Part shown: positions 20,992 through 31,701 of the stretch, in pieces | Layout of the letters: every line of letters starts with the position of its first letter | Numbering within the stretch: position 1 is the stretch's first letter | Assembly: GCA_002780175.1 (NCBI GenBank) | Contig: PEVT01000048.1 | Span: 8,754 to 72,753 of the forward strand | DNA length: 64,000 nucleotides | DNA from: Candidatus Moranbacteria bacterium CG06_land_8_20_14_3_00_40_12 | GTDB taxonomy: Bacteria; Patescibacteriota; Minisyncoccia; Moranbacterales; UBA2206 | Direction of reading: 5' to 3' | Position numbers and translations under genes: made by a program | The notes under the pieces: model-generated | The model's input: only the letters and a program-made list of their open reading frames with translations | Told to the model about the DNA's origin: nothing | The model's database searches: none

Positions 20992-23900
20992 ATGACAAAA
21001 ATCACCGAATCAAATATTGAAGAAATAGCCATTGAATTCTTGGAAGCGCAAGGCTATCAATATCTTTCACCTGAAGGGCAAGAAACGGAAAGAGAAAATT
21101 TAAGTGAGGTTGTTTTAAAAAAGCGCTTGAAAGATGCGATCAATCGGATTAATCCATACAAGCCGGAAGTTGTGCGCGAGCAAGCTTTCAAGGCAGTTTT
21201 TAATTTGGTTTCGCAGAATTTAATTGAAAGCAATGAAGAATTTCATCGGATGCTGACGGACGGAATTGACACCGAATTTTTAGCAGCGGATGGCATACGG
21301 GGAAATAAAGTTTGGCTGATTGACTTTGAGAATATCGAAAATAATGATTTCGTGGTTTGCAATCAATTTACGGTTAAGGAAAAAGAAGCGACGAAAAGAC
21401 CCGATCTTGTTTTGTTTGTGAATGGTTTGCCTTTGGTCGTGATTGAACTCAAAAATCCGGCGGATGAAAATGCGACGGTCAAAAAGGCTTTTATGCAACT
21501 CCAAAATTACAAAAATTTAATTCTGGCGCTTTTTAATTACAATGCGATTTTAGCGGCTTCGGACGGGTTGGATGCTAAAGCCGGATCGCTCACGGCCGGA
21601 TGGTCGAGATTTGCCGTTTGGAAAAATTCGGAAAATAAAAAGGAGGATAAAAAAACCGTTCCGCAATTGGAAACTTTAATAAAAGGGATGCTTCGTCCGA
21701 AAATTTTGCTTGATTTGATAAAACATTTTACCGTTTTTGAAAAAGCCAAAAAAAAAGATTCGGAGACGGGACAAGTTTTTGTGGAAACCGTGAAAAAAAT
21801 CGCGGCTTATCATCAATTTTACGCGGTGCAAAAAGCGGTTGAGTCAACGGAAAAAGCGGCGAGTGAGAATGGAGACCGGAGGTGCGGAGTAGTTTGGCAC
21901 ACGCAAGGATCCGGCAAATCATTGTCGATGGTTTTTTACGCTGGAAAGATTATTCAGAAACTGAATAATCTGACCATCTTAATAATTACGGATCGAAACG
22001 ATTTGGACGATCAGCTTTTTGATACTTTTGCGTCGTGCAAACAAATTTTGCGCCAGGACCCGGTGCAAGTTGAAAATAGAAATGATCTCAAGAAAAAATT
22101 AAAAGTTGCCGGAGGCGGAATTGTTTTTTCAACCATCCAAAAATTTATGCCCGAAGATGGAGGAGAAACTTTTGATTTATTATCTGACAGAAAAAATATA
22201 ATTGTGATCGCGGATGAAGCGCACCGGAGCCAGTATGGATTTAAGGGAAAAATTACATTTGCCGGCGGAGGCGCGCAACTCAAATACGGTTTTGCCAAAT
22301 ATGTGCGCGATGCTTTGCCAAACGCTTCTTTTATCGGATTTACCGGAACGCCAATTGAAACAACGGACAAATCCACGCCGGCGGTGTTTGGCGACTACAT
22401 CGATGTTTATGATATTCAGCAGGCAGTCAAAGATGGAGCGACCGTGCCGATTTATTATGAAAATCGGTTGGTAAAAGTGCATCTCAAAGAAGAAGATAGA
22501 AAAGAATTAGATGAAGTCGTAGATCAGATGACGGAAAAAGATGAACCGGTAGAAGCGGACAAGGCAAAAGCGAAATGGGCCAGAATTGAAGCGATTGTCG
22601 GCCAGCAGGAACGCTTGAAAGCAGTGGCGAATGATATTGTGGAACATTATGAAAAACGCAGCGAAGCGGTTGAAGGGAAAGCGATGATTGTGACGATGAG
22701 CCGCCGTATTGCCGTAGCTTTATGTAATGAAATTATAAAATTAAGACCAACATGGCAGAATCGCGCATTGGACAAAGGAACGATTAAAGTGGTAATGACA
22801 ACGACTATGACTGACCCGGCGGATTGGCAGGCGCATTGCACCACCAAAGAACAACGGCGAAAATTAGCGGACAGATTTAAGGATCCGAGTGATTCGCTTA
22901 AATTAGTGATTGTTCGGGATATGTGGCTGACCGGTTTTGACGCGCCTTGCGCGAAAGTAATGTATGTGGACAAGCTGATGCGCGGACATAATTTAATGCA
23001 AGCGATTGCCAGAGTGAATCGAGTTTATAAAGATATTAGAGGCGGTTTAATTGTTGATTATATTGGAATAGCGCGGGATTTGAAAAAAGCTCTGGCTGTT
23101 TATACGGAAAGTGGCGGGCAAGGAATTCCGACGCTAAATCTTTCTGAAGCCGCATCGACTATGCAGGAAAAATTTGAAATTATTGAGGAGATGTTTTCTG
23201 ATTTTAAATATAAAGATTATTTTTCAGCCGATATAAATCGAAAGATGCAACTCCTGCTTGAGGCGCAAGAGCATGTTCTTCAATTGCCTGATGGGAAGAA
23301 ACGATTCATTGAACACATTGAAACATTAATGCGATCTTATGCGCTGGTAGCGCCACGGCCGGAAGCAATGGCAATAAAAGAAGCGCTGGCCTTCTTTCAG
23401 GCTGTGAAAGTGCGGCTGGTTAAATTTGAATCTGCTGGCGGAAAGGGACGCGATTCGGAAGAAATTGAAACGGCGATTCGCCAGATTGTGGATAAAGCAT
23501 TAGCTTCAGAAGGCGTCATTGATATTTTCAGCGCGGCCGGAATCAAGAAACCCGATGTTTCTATTTTGTCCGAAGAATTTTTGGCCGAAGTAAGAGGAAT
23601 GGATCGCAAAAATCTGGCATTGGAACTCATGAAGAAGTTATTGAATAACGAAATTGATAGTATCAAAAGCAAGAATATAGTTTTGGGAAGAAAATTTTCA
23701 GAAATGCTGGACGATGTTTTAAAGCGCTACCAATCCAATATTTTAACTGCGGCAGAAATTATTGAAGAAATGATCGGTATGGCTCGAGAAATTCGAGGAG
23801 AAGGCGATCGAAAGAAAAAACTGGGTTTGGTAACGGATTACGAAGTGGCTTTTTATGATGCTCTGACTAACAACGCAAGCGCAAAAGAAGTTTTGAGTCA

Positions 23901-24117
23901 TGAAGTTTTGCGAGAGCTGGCTTGCGTTCTGGTAGACAAGGTAAAGGAAAATACATCTATCGATTGGACAATTAGAGAAAGCGCGCGGGCGAAATTGCGG
24001 GTAATGATTAAGCGGACATTGAATAAATTCGGTTATCCGCCTGATATGCAAAAATTGGCGACAGATTTGATTTTAAAACAAGCAGAATTATTCGCTGATG
24101 ATACTCTCAAAAATTAA
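20992..24117 (+). CDS. hsdR: Type I RM restriction subunit
   Basis: RPDLVLFVNGLPLVVIELK, WHTQGSGKS, DEAHRSQ, FTGTP, QAIARVNR. Confidence 0.97.
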   Translation: MTKITESNIEEIAIEFLEAQGYQYLSPEGQETERENLSEVVLKKRLKDAINRINPYKPEVVREQAFKAVFNLVSQNLIESNEEFHRMLTDGIDTEFLAADGIRGNKVWLIDFENIENNDFVVCNQFTVKEKEATKRPDLVLFVNGLPLVVIELKNPADENATVKKAFMQLQNYKNLILALFNYNAILAASDGLDAKAGSLTAGWSRFAVWKNSENKKEDKKTVPQLETLIKGMLRPKILLDLIKHFTVFEKAKKKDSETGQVFVETVKKIAAYHQFYAVQKAVESTEKAASENGDRRCGVVWHTQGSGKSLSMVFYAGKIIQKLNNLTILIITDRNDLDDQLFDTFASCKQILRQDPVQVENRNDLKKKLKVAGGGIVFSTIQKFMPEDGGETFDLLSDRKNIIVIADEAHRSQYGFKGKITFAGGGAQLKYGFAKYVRDALPNASFIGFTGTPIETTDKSTPAVFGDYIDVYDIQQAVKDGATVPIYYENRLVKVHLKEEDRKELDEVVDQMTEKDEPVEADKAKAKWARIEAIVGQQERLKAVANDIVEHYEKRSEAVEGKAMIVTMSRRIAVALCNEIIKLRPTWQNRALDKGTIKVVMTTTMTDPADWQAHCTTKEQRRKLADRFKDPSDSLKLVIVRDMWLTGFDAPCAKVMYVDKLMRGHNLMQAIARVNRVYKDIRGGLIVDYIGIARDLKKALAVYTESGGQGIPTLNLSEAASTMQEKFEIIEEMFSDFKYKDYFSADINRKMQLLLEAQEHVLQLPDGKKRFIEHIETLMRSYALVAPRPEAMAIKEALAFFQAVKVRLVKFESAGGKGRDSEEIETAIRQIVDKALASEGVIDIFSAAGIKKPDVSILSEEFLAEVRGMDRKNLALELMKKLLNNEIDSIKSKNIVLGRKFSEMLDDVLKRYQSNILTAAEIIEEMIGMAREIRGEGDRKKKLGLVTDYEVAFYDALTNNASAKEVLSHEVLRELACVLVDKVKENTSIDWTIRESARAKLRVMIKRTLNKFGYPPDMQKLATDLILKQAELFADDTLKN

Positions 24118-24142
24118 TTACATACCGAATTACGTAATAAAA
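24117..24142. promoter_or_regulatory. 8-6-8 palindromic site, copy 2
   Basis: ATTACATA-CCGAAT-TACGTAAT-AAAA; reverse complement differs from copy 1 at 2 spacer bases. Confidence 0.6.
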
Positions 24143-24287
24143 GCATGCGAAAAGCGTACTGCGAATACGCCCATGCGAATAAAATTTTATGGCTAAACGT
24201 GTCATTTACCCACGGCCGTATCCAGATGACATGGTAATTGGCATTTGCAAATCAAGCGATAATATGGCATTATTAAGTTAGAAAAAT

Positions 24288-24782
24288 ATGCCTTTACACG
24301 CGGAAAAATATAAACAAGTCATCCTTTATCTCTGCTCGCAGTTAGGCAAAGAAGTGCGAGGGAAGAAAAAATTGGCGAAATTGCTTTATTTCGTTGATTT
24401 TGATTTTTTTGAAAAGTATCAGAAATATTTTACCGGCGATAAATACAAGGCTTTGCCGATGGGACCGGTTCCCGTCTCTTTAAATGCGATAACAAGGGAA
24501 ATGAAAAAAGAAAAAGCATTGAAAATTGAATCAGTCAATGAACATAATGGATACAATGCAACCGAAGTTTATACCTGTCTGAAAGAACCGAAAACTGCTG
24601 TTTTTTCCAAGGAAGAAAAAGAAATGCTGGATAGGGTAATTAAGAAATATGGAAGCCTCAACGGGAAACAACTTGAAGATCTGACTCACGCGGAAGCGCC
24701 TTATTCCGGGACAAAACCAAGCGAGGAGATATTTTACGAATTGGCATTTTATCGAGGAACGGATTTTAAAAATAATGATTGA
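24288..24782 (+). CDS. Panacea-domain (DUF4065/SocA-like) antitoxin
   Basis: KLAKLLYFVDF, ALPMGPVP, LEDLTHAEAPY. Confidence 0.85.
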   Translation: MPLHAEKYKQVILYLCSQLGKEVRGKKKLAKLLYFVDFDFFEKYQKYFTGDKYKALPMGPVPVSLNAITREMKKEKALKIESVNEHNGYNATEVYTCLKEPKTAVFSKEEKEMLDRVIKKYGSLNGKQLEDLTHAEAPYSGTKPSEEIFYELAFYRGTDFKNND

Positions 24783-25137
24783 GTTTATTTACCATCCTGC
24801 ATTTGAAAAAGAAACTGCCAAATTAACGCGGCGGTTTTCTTTTTTAGATAAGGCGCTGGAGGCATTTAAAATGTTGTGCGAGTTTCAATTTCACCCTTTA
24901 AATCCTCAACAAAGAATTGCTCCCGCAAAATTGCATAGAGTCACACAAAATGATTTGTGGAGTATTTGGAAGATTGAGCTTTCCGTTCCAAATGTCAGAC
25001 CTAATCAATCTCCCAGAGTTTGGTTTGCCGTAAAGGGTTTAAATATTGCATTTTTATGTATAGCCTCGCACGTTGATAATTACAGCGATAACCAGATGAA
25101 TCAAGTGGCGACAGGAAGAGTTTCAGATATTTTCTAA
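24775..25137 (+). CDS. Putative RelE/ParE-fold toxin
   Basis: HPAFEKETAKL...IWKIEL...SPRVWF...LCIASH; overlaps Panacea gene. Confidence 0.65.
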   Translation: MIEFIYHPAFEKETAKLTRRFSFLDKALEAFKMLCEFQFHPLNPQQRIAPAKLHRVTQNDLWSIWKIELSVPNVRPNQSPRVWFAVKGLNIAFLCIASHVDNYSDNQMNQVATGRVSDIF

Positions 25138-25293
25138 ATTTTTTAATTAACGCATTTTTCAACTACTTTTTATGTCATTTGATGGCTTTATATAGCCATT
25201 TTTTTGCATAAAAAAGTGTTGCAATTTTTGACCATTTGTGTATAATAGAAGGGTATAAGAGAAAAATAAAAAATTACTAAAATTAGACCTACT

Positions 25294-25665
25294 ATGACTT
25301 TAAGATTCTATCTTTGGGTTGTTAAAATAGTGACCCTTTTTTCTTTTAGCGCCCTGATTCTGGTGATTTATTTTATCGATCCGGAAAAAACCGGCCGGGC
25401 CGGTAAAATTATTTTTTATCTCGTTCTTTTTTTCGCTTTAAGCGGTTTGTTGAATTTGATTTTAACTAAGTTAAGAAAGATTTGGGGGGGAGAAAAGGCG
25501 GTAATTTTAAACATCAGTTTAAGTTCCCGCCAAAGCGTACTACTTTCCGTAATTCTGATTGGCCTTTTAATTTTGCAAAGCTCGCGGATTTTAGTTTGGT
25601 GGACGGGATTGCTCCTGATCGCCGGCGTTTTTCTAATAGAATTATATTTTTTAGATAAAAAATAA
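25294..25665 (+). CDS. Hypothetical membrane protein
   Basis: Four hydrophobic segments; promoter-like TTGCAA...TATAAT upstream. Confidence 0.75.
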   Translation: MTLRFYLWVVKIVTLFSFSALILVIYFIDPEKTGRAGKIIFYLVLFFALSGLLNLILTKLRKIWGGEKAVILNISLSSRQSVLLSVILIGLLILQSSRILVWWTGLLLIAGVFLIELYFLDKK

Positions 25666-25801
25666 TCCGAAAGAAAATCTCGATGTCATTGCAATTTAAT
25701 TTGTATTAGTTTAAAATTAATAACTCATGCTTACCCTGAAAATTTTCTGTGAAATATGACTAAAATCGTTTAAATTACGGCGGTATTAAATAAAAACTAT
25801 T

Positions 25802-27859
25802 ATGAAGAAAAAAAAGAAAATCGTGAAAAATTTAAAAGATTCTGAATATTCAGCTAAATCCATCCAGGTTTTGGAAGGCTTGGAACCGGTGCGCAAGCGC
25901 CCCGGAATGTATATCGGAGGAACCTCTTTGGAAGGTTTGCATCACTTAGTTTGGGAAGTAATCAATAATTGCGTTGATGAAGCCATGGCGGGTTATTGTA
26001 AAAATATTAGAATTTTTTTATTACCTGACAATGTGGTGGAAATTTCCGATGACGGGCGGGGAATTCCGGTGGAAAAACATCCGCAAACTAAAAAATCAAC
26101 TCTGGAAACAGTGTTGACGATTTTACACGCGGGTGGAAAATTTGGCGGCGGAGGCTACAAAATATCCGGAGGCCTGCACGGAGTGGGAGTATCGGTAGTT
26201 AACGCGTTAAGTGTTTGGCTGAAGGCGGAAGTCAGAAGGGATGGAAAAATTTACAGCATGGAATTTACCAGAGGCAAGTCCAAATCGAAAGATCCTAAAA
26301 TTGAAGGCAAAGCCCCAAATGCCGGAACCATTATTTCTTTTCAAGCTGATCCCCAAATTTTTCCCGAGATAAATTATAACTGGGAAAAAATCTTAAGTTA
26401 TGTCAGGCAACAGGCTTATTTAACTAAAGGCGTAAGCATCAAAGTTTTTGATAAAAGAAAAAAGCAGGAGGAAAAATCTTTCGGTTTTCTTTTTGACGGA
26501 GGACTAATCTCTTACATTAAATTTATTAACCGCGGCAAAGAAGTTAAGAATGAAACCCCTTTTTATATTGAAAAGGAAACGCAAGATTCCGTGGTGGAAG
26601 TGGCTTTGCAATATACCGATGGTTATAAGGAGCATGTTTTCTCTTTCGCGAATAATATTTTTACCTCCGAAGGCGGCACGCATGAAATCGGATTTCGCAT
26701 GGCTCTTACCCGGGTTATCAACGCTTACGCCAGAAAAAACAATATATTAAAAGAGAAAGAAGAAAATTTTATTTCCGAGGATTTGCAGGAAGGGCTTTCG
26801 GCGATCATTAGCGTTAAACTTAAAAATCCTCAATTTGAAGGCCAAACTAAAGCCAAATTGGGAAATAGCGAGATGAAAGGCCTTGTTTCCAGCATAACCG
26901 CCGAAGCCTTGGCGGAATTTTTGGAAAGTCATCCAATCGATGCTAAAAATATTTTGGCTAAATGTTTCTTAACGGCTAAAAGTCGAATTGCCGCCCGGGC
27001 GGCTAAAGACGCGGTTATTCGCAAGGGCGCCCTGGAGGGGATGACTCTCCCGGGAAAATTGGCGGATTGTTCTTCCAATGATCCCGCGGAGTCGGAGATA
27101 TACATTGTTGAGGGCGATTCTGCCGGTGGTAGCGCTAAACAGGGGAGAAACAGAAAATTTCAAGCCATTTTGCCTTTAAGAGGCAAGCTGGTCAATGTGG
27201 AAAAAACTACTTTGGATAAGGTGGTCAAATCCGATACCTTAAAACCCATAATTATCGCGCTGGGCGCCGGCATCGGAGATAGTTTTGATTTTTCCAAATT
27301 GCGTTATCACCGGATTATTATCATGGCGGACGCGGACGTGGACGGATCGCATATCCGGACATTGCTTTTAACTTTCTTTTACCGCTATTTTGAGGAATTA
27401 ATTGAAAAAGGCTTGATTTATATCGCTCAACCGCCCTTATATCGAATTCAGAAAAACAAGGAAGTTAATTATATTTACTCGGAAGAAGAGAAAAACATAA
27501 TGATAAAAGAAATGACAAATGACAAATTTCCAATGACAAATAAAATCCAAAATTCAAAATCCAAAAAAAGTGAAAATAAAAATGGGGAAGAAATTGTTAT
27601 GGAAACCGATGCGGAAGAAAGTGAAGAAAAAAAGATTGCGGGAATAAATATCCAGCGCTATAAGGGTTTGGGAGAAATGAATCCGGAACAACTTTGGGAA
27701 ACGACCATGGATCCGGAAAAAAGAATGATGCGGCGCATTACCATAGAAGACGCTGAAAAAGCCGATCGAATTTTTGATATTCTGATGGGAAATGAGGTGG
27801 AGCCCAGAAGAAGGTTTATTCAAACTCACGCCAAAGCCGTGTCCAATCTGGATATCTAG
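25802..27859 (+). CDS. gyrB: DNA gyrase subunit B
   Basis: VRKRPGMYIG, GGLHGVG, VEGDSAGG, PLRGK, DADVDG, QRYKGLGEM. Confidence 0.95.
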   Translation: MKKKKKIVKNLKDSEYSAKSIQVLEGLEPVRKRPGMYIGGTSLEGLHHLVWEVINNCVDEAMAGYCKNIRIFLLPDNVVEISDDGRGIPVEKHPQTKKSTLETVLTILHAGGKFGGGGYKISGGLHGVGVSVVNALSVWLKAEVRRDGKIYSMEFTRGKSKSKDPKIEGKAPNAGTIISFQADPQIFPEINYNWEKILSYVRQQAYLTKGVSIKVFDKRKKQEEKSFGFLFDGGLISYIKFINRGKEVKNETPFYIEKETQDSVVEVALQYTDGYKEHVFSFANNIFTSEGGTHEIGFRMALTRVINAYARKNNILKEKEENFISEDLQEGLSAIISVKLKNPQFEGQTKAKLGNSEMKGLVSSITAEALAEFLESHPIDAKNILAKCFLTAKSRIAARAAKDAVIRKGALEGMTLPGKLADCSSNDPAESEIYIVEGDSAGGSAKQGRNRKFQAILPLRGKLVNVEKTTLDKVVKSDTLKPIIIALGAGIGDSFDFSKLRYHRIIIMADADVDGSHIRTLLLTFFYRYFEELIEKGLIYIAQPPLYRIQKNKEVNYIYSEEEKNIMIKEMTNDKFPMTNKIQNSKSKKSENKNGEEIVMETDAEESEEKKIAGINIQRYKGLGEMNPEQLWETTMDPEKRMMRRITIEDAEKADRIFDILMGNEVEPRRRFIQTHAKAVSNLDI

Positions 27860-27974
27860 GGCTTCAAGGGCATTTTGGAAAAACTTGCTTTTATTTTTAA
27901 AATAAACTATACTTTTCAAAGTAGCAAAGTAGTAAGGAGGAGCTTGATTCAATTAATTTAATAGCGAAAACAAT

Positions 27975-30482
27975 ATGGATAACAACAATTGGACGCCAGT
28001 AAAAAAGTTTTCCAGCCCCGATATCAATCTGGCTGCGAAAAATACGCCACCGGAAAAACCGGAATTTAAATCTTCCGATTCAGGAAAATTGATAAAATTG
28101 TTTGATTTTTTAATAACATTCAGTCTGGGCGCTTTGTTTTTTGGTCTGCCTCTTTTCTTTTCGGGTATGACTTTTCAAGGGTTGGCTTTCGACAAACAAA
28201 TGTATTTTTATTTTTGGATTATTCTGGCTTTGGTTTTTTGGACTGTCAAAGGAGTCATCTTAGGGGAAATGAAAGTTCGCCGGACTCCTTTAGATATACC
28301 GATTGCCATTTTTCTTTTTATCTACGCTTTAGCTACCTTTTTTTCCGTTGATCGCTGGCACAGTTTCTGGGGATTTTTTGGCGATCCTTCCAGAGGCCTG
28401 GTAAACATGCTGGCTTTAGCCGTTGCTTATTATTTGATGTTTAGCCATTTAAATTCCAGGAAATTCAATTGGATGATTGGATCTTTGATTGTTTCCGGTT
28501 TTCTGGTTTCACTCTGGTCTTTCCTGGGAATTTTAGGCATAAAATTTTTACCGGCAACTTTAGCCCAAATAGCTCCTTTAAGCCTGATGGGATCCACGAC
28601 CGGTTTGAGTATTTTTTTAAGTTTACTGATTCCGTTAATCATGTCAGCCATTTTTAAACTTACGGAGATAACCCCCGACTGGAGAAGGAACGGAAGCATA
28701 GTTTTTTTAATCCTGGCTTTATTTTTGAATTTCCTGGTTTTATTTTCTGTTTATGCCTTTGTGCCCTGGCTGGGAATTTTAGTTGGCGTAAGCTTCTTTC
28801 TGGTTTATGTTTTAGCTCGCATTATCAGGCCCATTGGCGGCTGGACTTGGGTTCCGATGATAGGTTTTACTTTGATTTTGGCTATTTTAATGATTGGCAA
28901 TGTAAAAATTGCCAATATAGAAATGCCTGTCGAAGTTAATCCAGCTCCGGGACTTTCCTTTCAAATAGTTAAAGACAGTCTCAAAGAGAAGCTTGTTTTA
29001 GGATCAGGTCCGGGTAATTTTGCTTATGCTTTTTCTTTGCACAAGCCTCAAGATTTTAATCTGGAAGCTTTGTATAATCTGCGATTTTATCAAGGTTCCG
29101 GAATCATCTTTGAATCTCTGCCGACTATCGGAGTCTTGGGAACCATCAGCCTGGTTTTGATTATCTTGACTTTTTTGGGAGTGGAAATTTATCTTTTGAC
29201 TAAAGAAAAAGAAAAAAATAAGATTTTTTCTTTGGGCACCGCGGCCGCCTCGCTGATTTTTCTGGTAAATGCCGCCACTTTCCGGATAGAAGGTCCGATT
29301 TTTTTGCTGGGAGTTTTACTTGCCACGCTGGGACTGATTATCTTATACAAAGAAAGCGAATCCGAGGAAAAATATTTAAATCTTTCTCTTAAAGCTTCTC
29401 CAAAATTCGCTCTGACTCTGGCTTTTATCTTTATGGTGGTTATTTCCGGCGTTGTTTTTGTCTTCGTCTTTTTAGGCAGAGTGTTCGTGGCTGATGTCCA
29501 GGCGGGATTGGCAGTGAAAAAGAGTCAAATTTCAGAAAAAGATTCCGTGGCTAAAATCCTTAAAGCCATTAATCTGAATAAAAGAGAAGGAAGATATTTT
29601 TCCCGTCTGGCTCAAGATTATATGTTTCTGGCCAATCAGGAAGTGGCCAAGGGAGAAAGCGACCGGGATCTGAATAAAATTACCGAATATCTGAATTTTT
29701 CTATTTCTTCGGCTAAAATCGGCCGGGATTTAATGAGCAAAGACGTCACGGCCAATGAAGTGCTGGCTCAAATTTATGAAAATGCCGGAGTCTATGTGGG
29801 AGATTCGTTGGCTTTAGCCGAGGAAAGTTATCAAAAAACAGCCGAGCTGGATCCGCATAATCCGAATTTTTATCTGAAACTGGGGCAAATAAAGATAAAT
29901 TTGATTGCCACTAAAAAAGATGAGGCGGAAAAGAAAAAATTAGTGGAAGAAGCCAGAGACTTGTTTCAAAAAGCCATCAATGAAAAAAATAATTTTGACC
30001 CCGGCTATTATAACATGGCTTTAGCGGAGGAAGCTCTGGAAAATTTAGACGGAGCGATAGAAAATGTTAAAAAAGCGCTGGCAATCAAACAGGGAGATCT
30101 TAATTACGCTTTTTACCTGGGCAGATTATATCAAAATAGAGGAAAAGACGAGGACAATAAAATGGCCGAGGATATTTTCAAAGCCATCTTGAATGTTGAT
30201 AAAAATCAAATCAATGTTAGTTTCAATTTAGGCATGCTTTATGAAAAGCAAAACAAAAACAAGGAAGCCATAAGCGAATACGAAAATGTTCTGGCGATAT
30301 TTCCGGATACAAAAGACAACAAAGATACCCGGGCGAGAATCCAAAAAATGATCAGCAATATCAAAAATGGGATTGAAAATACGGCGGAAAATCTGAAAAT
30401 CGACACTGGCGAGACTGGCTCGTCTCCGGAAAACCAGCCGATAGAAAGCAGCGAGCCGGTACCGCCAACGCCAGCTAATTAG
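27975..30482 (+). CDS. Polytopic membrane protein with C-terminal TPRs (O-antigen ligase/oligosaccharyltransferase-like N-terminus)
   Basis: About 12 TM segments, LGSGPGNF loop, TPR-like repeats. Confidence 0.7.
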   Translation: MDNNNWTPVKKFSSPDINLAAKNTPPEKPEFKSSDSGKLIKLFDFLITFSLGALFFGLPLFFSGMTFQGLAFDKQMYFYFWIILALVFWTVKGVILGEMKVRRTPLDIPIAIFLFIYALATFFSVDRWHSFWGFFGDPSRGLVNMLALAVAYYLMFSHLNSRKFNWMIGSLIVSGFLVSLWSFLGILGIKFLPATLAQIAPLSLMGSTTGLSIFLSLLIPLIMSAIFKLTEITPDWRRNGSIVFLILALFLNFLVLFSVYAFVPWLGILVGVSFFLVYVLARIIRPIGGWTWVPMIGFTLILAILMIGNVKIANIEMPVEVNPAPGLSFQIVKDSLKEKLVLGSGPGNFAYAFSLHKPQDFNLEALYNLRFYQGSGIIFESLPTIGVLGTISLVLIILTFLGVEIYLLTKEKEKNKIFSLGTAAASLIFLVNAATFRIEGPIFLLGVLLATLGLIILYKESESEEKYLNLSLKASPKFALTLAFIFMVVISGVVFVFVFLGRVFVADVQAGLAVKKSQISEKDSVAKILKAINLNKREGRYFSRLAQDYMFLANQEVAKGESDRDLNKITEYLNFSISSAKIGRDLMSKDVTANEVLAQIYENAGVYVGDSLALAEESYQKTAELDPHNPNFYLKLGQIKINLIATKKDEAEKKKLVEEARDLFQKAINEKNNFDPGYYNMALAEEALENLDGAIENVKKALAIKQGDLNYAFYLGRLYQNRGKDEDNKMAEDIFKAILNVDKNQINVSFNLGMLYEKQNKNKEAISEYENVLAIFPDTKDNKDTRARIQKMISNIKNGIENTAENLKIDTGETGSSPENQPIESSEPVPPTPAN

Positions 30483-30570
30483 ATGCCGGTAATATATAAA
30501 AAGTCTGTTGCCAACAATAAAAAATTCTGGGTTTTAATTGAGAATAAAAATAGAAAGAGGAGGTGATAAA

Positions 30571-31260
30571 ATGAATGAATTACAAACCTGGGGGGAAATA
30601 ACGACGATATCCCTGTTGAACTTGTGGGAAAAATTTATTAATTTTTTTCCGATTTTAATTGGAGCTTTACTGGTCTTTTTATTAGGCTGGGTAATCGCCG
30701 CGGTTATGGAGAAAGTGGTGGAAAAAATGATTTTTTCTTTGCGAATCAATCAGGCCTTTGAAAAAATGGGACTAAGAAAAAAATTAAGCGAGTCGGGAAT
30801 TAATTTAAATGTAGCGGCTTTTTTCGGAGGGCTGGTAAAATGGTTTTTAATCCTGGTTTTCTTAATGGCGGCTACGGATATCTTGCGTCTCAATCAAGTT
30901 ACTAACTTTCTCAATAACATACTTCTCTATATCCCCAATGTGGTGGTGGCAGTGATTATTTTGGCGGTTGTTTTTCTGGTGGGAAATTTTGTTTATGTTG
31001 TTGTCAAAGGAAGCACCCGAGCGGCCGGAATTATGTCGGCGACGCTATTAGCGACTATTTCCAAATGGTCCATAATAACTTTCGGATTTTTGGCGGCTCT
31101 GATTCAATTAGGCATCGCCACTTCTTTGGTGAGCACCATATTTATTGGCATTGTAGCCATGTTATCTTTGGCTGGCGGTTTAGCTTTCGGTTTGGGCGGC
31201 AAAGAAGAAGCGCAAATGATCCTGCGAAAATTACGGGAAGAAATTTCTGAAAGGAAATAA
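30571..31260 (+). CDS. TM-helix-repeat protein (CmpX/MscS-associated)
   Basis: GAGGAGGTG RBS before ATG 30571; YIPNVVVA, AFGLGG. Confidence 0.8.
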   Translation: MNELQTWGEITTISLLNLWEKFINFFPILIGALLVFLLGWVIAAVMEKVVEKMIFSLRINQAFEKMGLRKKLSESGINLNVAAFFGGLVKWFLILVFLMAATDILRLNQVTNFLNNILLYIPNVVVAVIILAVVFLVGNFVYVVVKGSTRAAGIMSATLLATISKWSIITFGFLAALIQLGIATSLVSTIFIGIVAMLSLAGGLAFGLGGKEEAQMILRKLREEISERK

Positions 31261-31281
31261 TTTTGAATTAAAAAAGCGGTA

Positions 31282-31311
31282 AAAATGCTCCTCCGTCTGG
31301 CGGAGCATTTT
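31282..31311 (+). terminator. Terminator hairpin with TCCG..CGGA core
   Basis: AAAATGCTCC-TCCGTCTGGCGGA-GCATTTT. Confidence 0.55.
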
Positions 31312-31406
31312 AGTTTCCAGGAGTCCTTTATGACCCCCCTCTTTACTCTTAATTGTCTGCCATGTCGCTTTTAAAATTATAGCCCGAATACTTTAAATTT
31401 AGCCTC

Positions 31407-31435
31407 TTGACAGCTTTTCGGGAGCTTGCTATTAT
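31407..31435 (+). promoter_or_regulatory. Sigma70 promoter for the 23S-5S unit
   Basis: TTGACA-17-TATTAT with extended TG; BoxA-like ACTTTAACAAT near 31781. Confidence 0.65.
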
Positions 31436-31600
31436 GGCAATACGTGTTAAATTTAAATAAATTAATTTTTTCCAGCCAATAAATGGTAGTGTCCAAGAAA
31501 TATTTTAAAAAGAAAAGCGGGTGAGTTTTTTGGTTTTTTTATTAAATGGATAAAAAAATTGGAAACCCGCGTAAGCGGTTTTTTTGTTTGTTTCTACCAG

Positions 31601-31701
31601 GTACTAATTACTAATCAAATACCTGCCTACCGGCAGGCAGGCTAATATACTAATAAATTAATTTTATTATTCGTATATTCGTAATAAATTCGTAATTCGT
31701 A
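31601..31701. repeat. TACTAAT/ATTCGTA hairpin element with inserted 20-mer palindrome
   Basis: Repeated TACTAAT then repeated ATTCGTA; CCTGCCTACCGGCAGGCAGG at 31622-31641. Confidence 0.65.

Noticed and set aside
16316-25290. Classical integrase island at tRNA-Asp
   Set aside because: No integrase gene and no duplicated tRNA 3' end seen at the distal side
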